From the NCBI GenBank assembly GCA_903925745.1, contig CAIYGQ010000218.1:12274-76273 (forward strand): 64,000 nt of DNA. Reading direction: 5' to 3'. This document shows, one piece after another, positions 1 to 8,088 of the stretch. The notes beneath the pieces were generated by a model. It did not search any database, had not been told where the DNA came from, and saw only the letters and a program-made list of their open reading frames with translations. The first letter of the stretch is position 1, and every line of letters starts with the position of its first letter. A program made the position numbers and the translations under genes. The DNA is from an uncultured Actinomycetes bacterium. GTDB lineage: Bacteria; Actinomycetota; Acidimicrobiia; Acidimicrobiales; Microtrichaceae.

Positions 1-1
1 G

Positions 2-331
2 ATGGATCGCGAAGAGCCGGGGAGCCAGGGGTTCAACGTCCACCGGGTGCAGTCGGCTCGCGGTCTGCTGGCCGTCGCGGACGGCCGCGTCGATGCTGGG
101 CTCGACCTACTGGAAGTGGCCGAGGCGAGTCGCGCGCGGCGTCGACCTGTCGACCACCCTGATGTGCTCCGGGTGCGAGCATTGCGGGCGATCGCGCTGC
201 GTCGAGCCGGAGACCTGGCTGGTGCCCAGACGGTGCGGGAATCCATCTCCGTCGCGCTCCGTCGGCAGTTTCCCCAGACCTCCCACTGGATCACCGATCT
301 GGCGGGCGAGGAGCTCGGAGATCGCACCTGA
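2..331 (+). CDS. C-terminal fragment of a hypothetical protein (5' end outside window)
   Basis: ORF open at the window edge, stop at 329-331. Ala/Arg/Leu-rich helical-looking sequence with no diagnostic motif. Confidence 0.35.
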   Translation: MDREEPGSQGFNVHRVQSARGLLAVADGRVDAGLDLLEVAEASRARRRPVDHPDVLRVRALRAIALRRAGDLAGAQTVRESISVALRRQFPQTSHWITDLAGEELGDRT

Positions 332-501
332 GCGAGCAGTGCTCGCCGGGGTCCTGCACGGGGCGGTGTCACAATCGTTCCGACTGTTCCTGACGGAGGG
401 GTGGAACACGTTCCGTCATCGCCAGCTCGGGACGGCCTGCATCCGGGCCGGAGCGCAGGGTCCACCTCGGTGGGAGTCGCCGTCCGTCAGGGACGGTCAC
501 G

Positions 502-2172
502 ATGACGACCTCAACTGCCTCCTCTCCGGTCAGCCCGAGTTCCACGCTGGTGCGATCGGTCACCGTGCCCGAGATCTCGGTTCCGGGCTCGATCACCGCC
601 CACCTGGGTCCGACCAACTCGGGCAAGACGTTCTCGAGCCTGCAGGAACTCACCCGGCGCGGCGTCGGTCTCTACATCTCGCCGCTCCGCATGCTCTCGC
701 AGGAGGTCTACCGGCACCTCGTCGGGAAGCTCGGACCGCACCAGGTCGGCCTCCTCAACGGTGACCAGATCATCAACCCCGAGGCGTCGATTCTGTGCTG
801 CACCGCCGAGATGGCCCCGGCCTGTGCTCCCTTCGCCGTGATCGACGAGGCCCACTGGCTCCGGGACGCAGAGCGCGGTCCGGCGTGGACCCGGTTGTTC
901 ACCCAGTGCCGCTACGACCAGGTGTCCGTCATCGCAGCAGCCGAGACCGAGCAGCTCCTCCGGTCGATCCAACCGGCGATCGAGATCGTCACCCACCGTC
1001 GACTCGGTGAGATCGTGTTCCGGGGTTCGGCGAAGATCGACGACCTGGTGCCGGGTGACGTCGTGGTGGCGTTCAGTCGGGCCGCCGTGCTGTCGCTCGC
1101 CCGACGGATCTCCGAGGAGGGGTTCAAGGTGGGCGCGCTCTACGGTTCGCTTCCCCCCGCGGCCAGGTTCGACCAGATCCAGCGATTCGAGCGCGGTGAT
1201 CTGGAGGTGATCGTTGCGACCGACGCCATCGGACACGGCGTCAACCTGCCGGCCGACGCCGTGATCTTCGCCGAGACGGCCAAGTTCGACGGCGTCGAGC
1301 GTCGACCGCTCGCCCGGTGGGAGGTCGCGCAGATCGCTGGTCGAGCAGGACGCGGTGTCGGGGCCGAGGGTGAGGTCCGGGTGCTCGCCGGAGTGCACGG
1401 CTTCGAACCGGACGCCGGGCTCGTCGCTGCCGGGGTCGAGGTCGCAGCCGGTCGGGCGACGTCGGGTCTCGTGGTGGAGCGCCTGCTCGTGGAGCCGGCA
1501 CTGGATGATCTGGACTGCGACGATCCCCGTCTGCTCGCTCGAGCGCTCAAGCAGTGGGCCCGTGCGGCGGCCACCGAGCTCGACGACCACCCGTGGGCGT
1601 CACCGGCGTCGGTCCGGCCGATGCGGAACCACCTGAAGGTCCTGGCTGGTGCGTGGGGCGGGCGGCCGTGGCCCGTCGACGTGCGCACGGCATTCGGCAT
1701 CGCAGCAGCTCCGGTCTCACGGGACGAGGACCTGCTGGTTGTCGCCCGGGCCACGCTCGGCGAACGGGTGGATCTCCACGCTGAGTGGGGCTGCGGTGGA
1801 CTGGCCGAGATGAACCTGGTCCAGCTCGAGCGGATCGCCGGTTCGTGCCGCTCGCTGGCGTCGTCGGCTCGTCGTCTCGGCGGCATCGGTGGACTCGATG
1901 CTGCGGAGCTCGGTGCCGTCGGAGATCGAGCAGAGCGACGTGCGGTCGAGTTGCTGGACCTCGAGATCCGCCGCAACAGCTTCGGTCGCTGCCGGTCGTG
2001 TGGCCGGGACCTGCAACCCCGGTTCGATGTGTGCCGTCGGTGCCGTCCTGCCAGCGGCCGTCCGGGTGGGGGTCGGGGTCGGACCAGGACTGTCACAAGT
2101 CACGTGGTCCGTCGTGACGCCCAGGGTGGCGGCAGTCCCGCAGGTCACCGAGGAGTGGAGGTCAGCCGATGA
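502..2172 (+). CDS. Superfamily 2 helicase, SUV3-like, with C-terminal Cys4 zinc ribbon
   Basis: Walker A AHLGPTNSGKTF and DEAH-type box VIDEAHW. ATDAIGHGVNLP and QIAGRAGRG follow in SF2/SUV3 order. C-terminal CRSCGR..CRRC. Stop overlaps the next start (ATGA 2169-2172). Exact start uncertain. Confidence 0.8.
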   Translation: MTTSTASSPVSPSSTLVRSVTVPEISVPGSITAHLGPTNSGKTFSSLQELTRRGVGLYISPLRMLSQEVYRHLVGKLGPHQVGLLNGDQIINPEASILCCTAEMAPACAPFAVIDEAHWLRDAERGPAWTRLFTQCRYDQVSVIAAAETEQLLRSIQPAIEIVTHRRLGEIVFRGSAKIDDLVPGDVVVAFSRAAVLSLARRISEEGFKVGALYGSLPPAARFDQIQRFERGDLEVIVATDAIGHGVNLPADAVIFAETAKFDGVERRPLARWEVAQIAGRAGRGVGAEGEVRVLAGVHGFEPDAGLVAAGVEVAAGRATSGLVVERLLVEPALDDLDCDDPRLLARALKQWARAAATELDDHPWASPASVRPMRNHLKVLAGAWGGRPWPVDVRTAFGIAAAPVSRDEDLLVVARATLGERVDLHAEWGCGGLAEMNLVQLERIAGSCRSLASSARRLGGIGGLDAAELGAVGDRAERRAVELLDLEIRRNSFGRCRSCGRDLQPRFDVCRRCRPASGRPGGGRGRTRTVTSHVVRRDAQGGGSPAGHRGVEVSR

Positions 2173-3737
2173 GCGGCGCCAAGAGTTCGAGGGTCAGCCC
2201 GGTCGCCGACACGAGGCTCCAGGAGCAGGCGCAGCGTGCCCGGGATGAGGCCGCTCGGGAGCGGCAGCGTCGTGAGGCTGCTGCTGCTGCGGCCGAGCGC
2301 GCCCGTCGCGAGGCGGAGCGCAGGCGTCAGGAGGAGCGACGGCAGCGGCGCGCGGCGTCGATCGATGCTGCCAGGAGCGCACGAACCGGAGCGGCGTCGT
2401 TCGGTCGGCAGGTCGTCGACCACGGCGAGACCGTCGAACCTGAGGACCGCTCCGCCATCGTCACTCCGGCGACCGAGCAGGTCGTCGCCGAGGCCCCTGC
2501 CGGTGACACACTCGAGCACGCCCACGACCGCGACCGCACCGATCAACCGATCGAACGCTCCGGGGGGACGGGCGACGACCTCCTCACGATTCCAGATGGG
2601 CAGGGCTCCGGCCGGACCATTCGCGCCACGGTGGCGCAGGTGCCGTCGACACCAGCCGAGCGTCGGGCCGAGATCGAGCAGATCCTGGGTCGGGCACCGG
2701 CAGGCCTGCAGGTCGACGATGAGACGCGCAGTCGTCTCGTCACAGCTGCGGTGCAGGCCGAGGCGTTGAACGATTGGCAGGGTCTCTGCAGTCAGGCTCG
2801 GAGCGCAGTCGACGACGTGGCGCGTTCCGGCGCCCTGGCAGCTGCCCGAGCAGCCGAGCGCGAGGCTGCCGAGCGGGAGGAGGAGGTCGAGCGTGAGGAA
2901 CGAGCAGCAGTGGTCCGGGCCGAACGTGCCGAGGCGGAACAGCTGCGCGGATCCCTCGACGGGCTCACTGGGGACGAGGTCGCTGCCGTCGCCGAGGCGC
3001 TCGACGAGGTGGTCAACGGTGGTCGGTCACTCGACGAGAAGCTCCGTGACCGCGTGACGGGATGCCGGCAGCGCGCCGAGGAGACCGCCACCGCTCGATC
3101 CGAGGAGCGCTCTCGTGCGTACGAACTGCTCGCATCGCTCGGGGTGCTCGAGTCGGAGGAAGTCGTCGAGGTCCGTCAGGACCTCAAGTCGGTGATCGAC
3201 GGGACCCTGCGACTGGACGCCGCCCTCGAGACGCGGACGGAAGCAGCGCGAGCCCGGGCGACCCGTGTGGCGATTGCTGCGGTCCTGAACGAACACGGCA
3301 TCGAGCTCATCCAGGATGATGCGGTTGCGGCGTCGTGGCGGGCGTCGGTGCCGCTCGACGACCAGGGTGGGTCGAGTCTGGTCGTCATCGACGCGCACGG
3401 GCTCTCGGTCATCGCCGCACACGATCGATCCACGGAGCTCACTGACGACCAGCGTGTGGCGCTCGAGCACCGGAACTGCCAACTTGCCGACCAACTCGAC
3501 CAGTGGGCGAGCGACCGGGGGCTCGAGACGGAACGCTTCGTCGACTGGCGGCCCGGCCAGCTCGCCCACACGGCCCAGGCGTCCGTCAGTCAGGACCGTG
3601 AGGAGCACGACGGGAACCACGGCGACCAGCAGAACGGCGACCAGCACGACGAGGGCACCGGTACGGGCAGCCGTCGTCGGCAACGGACTCGGCGACGAGG
3701 AGCTGAGCAGGATCGAGTGCAACGGGGGGAACGATGA
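2169..3737 (+). CDS. Glu/Arg/Ala-rich coiled-coil protein, function unknown
   Basis: 522-aa ORF dominated by charged heptad-like runs (ARERQRREAAAAAAERARREAERRRQEERRQRR; EREAAEREEEVEREERAAVVRAERAEAEQLR). ATGA overlaps with both neighbours (2169-2172, 3734-3737). Confidence 0.6.
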   Translation: MSGAKSSRVSPVADTRLQEQAQRARDEAARERQRREAAAAAAERARREAERRRQEERRQRRAASIDAARSARTGAASFGRQVVDHGETVEPEDRSAIVTPATEQVVAEAPAGDTLEHAHDRDRTDQPIERSGGTGDDLLTIPDGQGSGRTIRATVAQVPSTPAERRAEIEQILGRAPAGLQVDDETRSRLVTAAVQAEALNDWQGLCSQARSAVDDVARSGALAAARAAEREAAEREEEVEREERAAVVRAERAEAEQLRGSLDGLTGDEVAAVAEALDEVVNGGRSLDEKLRDRVTGCRQRAEETATARSEERSRAYELLASLGVLESEEVVEVRQDLKSVIDGTLRLDAALETRTEAARARATRVAIAAVLNEHGIELIQDDAVAASWRASVPLDDQGGSSLVVIDAHGLSVIAAHDRSTELTDDQRVALEHRNCQLADQLDQWASDRGLETERFVDWRPGQLAHTAQASVSQDREEHDGNHGDQQNGDQHDEGTGTGSRRRQRTRRRGAEQDRVQRGER

Positions 3738-5563
3738 CCTGGGCTGATGACATTTGCGAGACCGTGGCGGTCGATCCGCACCTGGTTCTGACCGGGCGAA
3801 CCGACGACCTGGTGTACGTCGACCACTCCGATCAACCGGGCGCACAGCCGGCGGTCCGCCGCTTGCGGGATCTGGCCTTCGAGACGGGGAGCCACTGGGT
3901 TGCGGTCGTCGACCCGACGTTCGGCATCCGGGTGGACGTCGTCGGTGAGGAGTCGACCCCCCCGGCTGCCGAGCAGGTGGAGGTCGAGCGGGTCCGGGGG
4001 TGCCTCCCCGCTGAACTCCGCAACCGGCCCGGCACGACTGCCCCGCTCGCTCCCGATGGTCCGAGGCCGAGTCTGGAGGAGCTGACGGCGCTGGTCGGCG
4101 CTCTGGCACAGGTCGAGTACCGCGGGACCGTCATCGTCTCCGACGGAGGTCGTTGGATCGTGAACGTCCGGTCGCTCGAGGTCGATGAGCACCAGCTCTT
4201 CACGACGTGCTCGTCGGTCGCCAGGGCGAGCGAGCTCCGTCCGGGGAACGGCGGAGCCCCGGGGTACAACGCACTCTGGTGGCTGTGTCGGTCAGATGCC
4301 GAGCTGCCGTCGTGGTACGTGGCAGACCCGTGCGTCCGGTTGGTCGCTGTCGGCGGACCGACCCGTGGTCAGCGCGGGAAGTTGGGTGCAGCGCTGCTCG
4401 GCGTGCCGCCCGGATCGAGTGGGGCCCAGGAGTTCGCCGACGAGACCGACGGCATGTACGTCCGTTCGCTCCCTCAGGTCGCCACGATGGTCGTCAGCGG
4501 TCGGAAGGTGCACGAGGCCGCCACGCTGGTTCGGCTCGGCGTCACCGACGATCCGTGGACCGACCCGGAGTTGCTCGAGCGGGTCCGGACCGGGCGGGAG
4601 CAACTCGGCGCTCGGGTGGTCGGACAGGATCCGGTGCTGGATCAGGCGTGGAGTGGGCTCACCCGCTCGCTGACGGGCCTGAACGGCGCCCACCGCCCGT
4701 CCAGCGGCAGGCGGCCGCGCCTGGTGCTGTTCCTCGCCGGACCGACCGGTGTGGGCAAGACCGAGCTGGCCAAGGCCATCGCCAAGCTGATCTTCGGCGA
4801 CGACGACGCCGTGCTCCGGTTCGACATGAGCGGCTACCGAGAGCCGCACACGGCGCAGGGGCTCATCGGGTCCCCCCCGGGGTACGTCGGCCACGAGGCC
4901 GGCGGCACGCTCACCAACCAGGTGCGCGAACGGCCGTTCTCGGTGATCCTCTTCGACGAGATCGAGAAGGCCGACGGCCGGATCCTGGACACGTTCCTGC
5001 AGGTGCTCGACGAGGGCCACCTCGACGACGGGCGGGGGATCCGCACCTACTTCGACCAGTCGGTGATCATCTTCACCTCCAACCTCGGCATCGTCGACAG
5101 CCGTGGAACGGTGCTCGTCGATGACTCGATGGAGCCTGAGCAGGTTCGTGCGCACGTCGCGAGGTACATCCGGGAGTACTTCACGAACACGCTCGGCCGT
5201 CCGGAACTCCTGGGCCGGTTCGGCGACGCGTTCGCGGTGTTCGACTTCATCCGCCCGGAGGTCGCGGAGCGCATCTTCGACCTGATGATCCGGAACATGG
5301 TCAACGAGATCGAGAACCGCCAGGGGCTTCGACTCGAATTCGCCCCGGCCGCCGAGGATGCGCTGCGGTCCCACTGCTGCGCTGACCTGAGCACGGGTGG
5401 TCGGGGTATCGGGAATGCAATCGAGTCCGCGATCCTGAATCCGCTCGGCAGCTGGGAGTTCGACCAGATGCTGTCCGGTGAGCAGCTCGCCGGACGGAGC
5501 GCGACCGTCACCGCCTGGTCGCAGACGGACGGTGTCCCAGAACTCCTCGTGGAGTTCCGGTGA
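3734..5563 (+). CDS. Clp/Hsp100 D2-type AAA+ ATPase with unassigned N-terminal domain
   Basis: Walker A LFLAGPTGVGKTELAKA, GSPPGYVGHEAGG and Walker B SVILFDEIEKA. Also FLQVLDEGHLDDGRG and IIFTSNLG. The N-terminal ~320 aa carry no recognised motif. Confidence 0.8.
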   Translation: MTWADDICETVAVDPHLVLTGRTDDLVYVDHSDQPGAQPAVRRLRDLAFETGSHWVAVVDPTFGIRVDVVGEESTPPAAEQVEVERVRGCLPAELRNRPGTTAPLAPDGPRPSLEELTALVGALAQVEYRGTVIVSDGGRWIVNVRSLEVDEHQLFTTCSSVARASELRPGNGGAPGYNALWWLCRSDAELPSWYVADPCVRLVAVGGPTRGQRGKLGAALLGVPPGSSGAQEFADETDGMYVRSLPQVATMVVSGRKVHEAATLVRLGVTDDPWTDPELLERVRTGREQLGARVVGQDPVLDQAWSGLTRSLTGLNGAHRPSSGRRPRLVLFLAGPTGVGKTELAKAIAKLIFGDDDAVLRFDMSGYREPHTAQGLIGSPPGYVGHEAGGTLTNQVRERPFSVILFDEIEKADGRILDTFLQVLDEGHLDDGRGIRTYFDQSVIIFTSNLGIVDSRGTVLVDDSMEPEQVRAHVARYIREYFTNTLGRPELLGRFGDAFAVFDFIRPEVAERIFDLMIRNMVNEIENRQGLRLEFAPAAEDALRSHCCADLSTGGRGIGNAIESAILNPLGSWEFDQMLSGEQLAGRSATVTAWSQTDGVPELLVEFR

Positions 5564-6219
5564 GCACGATCTCGCTTGCACGGCCCGTGGTCTCGGGGGT
5601 CACGACGCTCGGTCACGGTCGCCGGGTGGTGGTGTGGACCCAGGGGTGCACGCTCGCGTGCTCCGGGTGCATGTCTCGCGACACCTGGCAGGGCGAGACG
5701 GCCGACACGGCGGTGCAGCGGGTGGATGAGCTCGCTGACCTGATCCTCCGGCTCGTCGAGTCCGACACGCTCGACGGGCTCACGGTCTCGGGCGGCGAGC
5801 CCTTCCAGCAGGCCGCAGCAGTGGCGGAGCTCGTCGAACGTGTGCGAGCCGGTACCCGCTCGGATCGATTCGATCTGCTCGTGTACTCCGGTTACACCCT
5901 CGAGCATCTGCGGGAGCGCGGGGACGATCATCGTCAGCGTGTCCTCGCGTCCGTCGACGTCCTGGTCGATGGGCGTTTCCGTGAGGGTGAACCGACCGAT
6001 GCTGCCCACCGGGGGTCGGCGAATCAGCGGCTCCACCGATTCACCGAGCTGGCCCTGAGCCGCTACGCCCGGGCAGATGAGGCCTGCCGTCCGTCACTGC
6101 AGGTCGTGGCGACTGGTGATGCGCTGACCTGGATCGGAATCCCGCGACGCGGGGAACTCGACCAGCACCGGGCCGCCCTCGCCGAGAGCGGCCTCGCACT
6201 CGAGGGCACGTCGTGGTGA
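5560..6219 (+). CDS. Radical SAM enzyme of the NrdG (anaerobic RNR activase-like) type
   Basis: CX3CX2C cluster motif QGCTLACSGC and SAM-binding GLTVSGGEPF. C-terminal DVLVDGRF..RGSANQR is typical of NrdG-type activases. GTGA overlap with the upstream gene. Confidence 0.8.
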   Translation: MSTISLARPVVSGVTTLGHGRRVVVWTQGCTLACSGCMSRDTWQGETADTAVQRVDELADLILRLVESDTLDGLTVSGGEPFQQAAAVAELVERVRAGTRSDRFDLLVYSGYTLEHLRERGDDHRQRVLASVDVLVDGRFREGEPTDAAHRGSANQRLHRFTELALSRYARADEACRPSLQVVATGDALTWIGIPRRGELDQHRAALAESGLALEGTSW

Positions 6220-6331
6220 TGCCGGATGACGCTCGGCGATTGCCGGACAGCGGTCTGATCGTCCGAGACGGTGGAGCCTGCGGCCGCCGCTGGATGAGTG
6301 TTCGGAACGGAGAGACAGAGGTGCGAGCGTC

Positions 6332-7069
6332 GTGACCAGGTACAAGTGCCCCAGTTGTTCGCACACGGCGCCGGCGCCGCAGCCGTTCTGCCCCAACGGT
6401 CACGTCGGTTCGGGCTGGATCGAGGTCGACGATGAACTCGACACGGCAGACGCTGACGTTCAGGAACCCTCGCCCGGTTCCGCCGGTGCAGCTGACTCGA
6501 ACCCGCTGCCACCTCCGCTGCCGACGGCATCGGTCGGGGCGCAGTGCGGACGCTGCGGGTACGCCGGCTCGGCCGGGTTCGACCGGTGTGGAGTGTGTGG
6601 CGGTCCGCTCTCGTCGACTGCACCGGCTGCGCCCGCTGCACCGGCTGCGCCGCCACCCGCATCGAGCTTGCCCGGCGCAGGTCCGGGCTCGCTCGTCGCA
6701 CCGCCCCCGTTGCGGGAGCAGATCGTGGAGGTGGCGCTCCTCGGGCGACCCGACGCTCCGATCGTCGTGCTGACCCAGGGGGCGACCGAGCAGTTCGGCA
6801 GGGCGGTGGGACCCCTCGCCCAGTTCCTGGGTGATGGTTCCTTCCCCAATGTCTCCGGAACCCACCTGGAGATGCGTCTCGGCGACACCGGCTTCGTGCT
6901 CCGTGACCTCAACTCGACCAACGGCACGTTCATCGTGGATGGAGAGCGGCTGGTGTGCGTCCCGACCGGCTACTGGTACGCGATCATCGAGGGCCAGTCG
7001 GTGCAGCTCGGAAACTACCCCGATCGGGCGAACGCCCGGCTCGAGTTCACCTGGGGGGTTGCGCCGTGA
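6332..7069 (+). CDS. Zinc-ribbon / FHA domain protein
   Basis: Two Cys clusters (CPSCSH..CPNGH; CGRCGY..CGVCGG) and a Pro/Ala linker. FHA signature follows: FGRAVGP..NVSGTHLEM..FVLRDLNSTNGTFIVDGE. Confidence 0.8.
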   Translation: MTRYKCPSCSHTAPAPQPFCPNGHVGSGWIEVDDELDTADADVQEPSPGSAGAADSNPLPPPLPTASVGAQCGRCGYAGSAGFDRCGVCGGPLSSTAPAAPAAPAAPPPASSLPGAGPGSLVAPPPLREQIVEVALLGRPDAPIVVLTQGATEQFGRAVGPLAQFLGDGSFPNVSGTHLEMRLGDTGFVLRDLNSTNGTFIVDGERLVCVPTGYWYAIIEGQSVQLGNYPDRANARLEFTWGVAP

Positions 7070-8088
7070 CGGCTGATTCCGCTGCGCGTCCGCTCCGTGG
7101 TCCCGACCCCACCGGGTCGTGGTCAGCTCGACCTGCACCGTGGTCTCCCGAGCCGTGTGGTCCGGTTGATCCACTGGTGAGCGTGGTCCAGATCGGATGC
7201 TTCACCCGTCGCGGGGTCGATCGCTCGGAGCTCCAGGATGCCGTCCTGGTCGGACCTGTGGTCCTGACGGTTCCGACCGAGTCGCCGATCACGCTCTCGT
7301 TCCGGCGTCCGGCAGTGGCGGGAGCCGCCGGAGGCGCTGCACCGCTGGTCGTCGCCGTCCTCGACGGGGTCGGAGGCGAACCCGGAGGCCACGAGGCGTC
7401 AGCGCTCTCGGCGCTCATTCTCGGCGACCTCGCAGTCGACGGGCCCGAACGTGAGCTCGATCAGATCGTGTCCGAGGTCGATGGTCGGATCTGCGATCTC
7501 GCGGGCCGACTCGGTGACCGTTCGACGATGGCCACCACGGTTGCGGGGATCCGGATCCGGCCGGGGGGCTACGAGGCCGTCAACGTGGGGGACTCGCGGG
7601 TGTACGCGCTCCACGACGGCTACCTCGTGCAGTACTCGATGGACCACGCTCGGGGCGGGCGTCTGACGCAGTACCTCGGTGGGGGTCGACGCAACGTCGA
7701 TCCCTACGTCGCCGGCTTCCGACCGGTTGATCACGGCGACCTGGTGCTCCTCTGCACCGACGGTCTGACCCGACACCTGACTGCCGACCAGATCCAGCGA
7801 GCGTGCCTGGGTCCGGACCCGCTCGAGGGTCTCTGGTCGCTCTCCGAGGGCGCAGCGGATGACACCTCGGTGGCTCTGGTCCGATGGTCCGAGTCGTCAA
7901 CTGAGTCGGATCCGGGTCTCCTGGAGGGCGCCCCCAGTGGTGGCGTCGAGGGTGTTCCGGTCGAGGGTGTTCCGGTCGAGGGTGTTCCGGTCGAGGGTGT
8001 TCCGGCCGAGGGTGTTCCGGCCGACGACACACACGACGGTCGAGGCCGATGGGGGGTGCGTGGTGTCCGACGCTGGCGTCGACGCTGA
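7066..8088 (+). CDS. PP2C-family Ser/Thr protein phosphatase
   Basis: PP2C motifs VLDGVGGEPGGHEAS, VNVGDSRVY, LLCTDGLTRH and ADDTSVALV. Start set at GTG 7066 (GTGA overlap with the FHA stop). C-terminal (EGVPV/A)5 repeat. Confidence 0.8.
   Translation: MTADSAARPLRGPDPTGSWSARPAPWSPEPCGPVDPLVSVVQIGCFTRRGVDRSELQDAVLVGPVVLTVPTESPITLSFRRPAVAGAAGGAAPLVVAVLDGVGGEPGGHEASALSALILGDLAVDGPERELDQIVSEVDGRICDLAGRLGDRSTMATTVAGIRIRPGGYEAVNVGDSRVYALHDGYLVQYSMDHARGGRLTQYLGGGRRNVDPYVAGFRPVDHGDLVLLCTDGLTRHLTADQIQRACLGPDPLEGLWSLSEGAADDTSVALVRWSESSTESDPGLLEGAPSGGVEGVPVEGVPVEGVPVEGVPAEGVPADDTHDGRGRWGVRGVRRWRRR
7945..8019 (+). repeat. 5 x 15-bp perfect/near-perfect tandem repeat (gtcgagggtgttccg) inside the PP2C 3' end
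   Basis: Counted directly: units at 7945, 7960, 7975, 7990 and 8005, the last with gcc for gtc. Encodes VEGVP repeats. Confidence 0.9.

Noticed and set aside
511-2096. Long antisense ORFs (511-1590 minus, 1140-2096 minus) across the helicase gene.
   Set aside because: They are Arg/Pro/Ser/Gly-rich with no motifs, typical shadow frames of GC-rich DNA. The plus frame carries the full SF2 helicase motif set.
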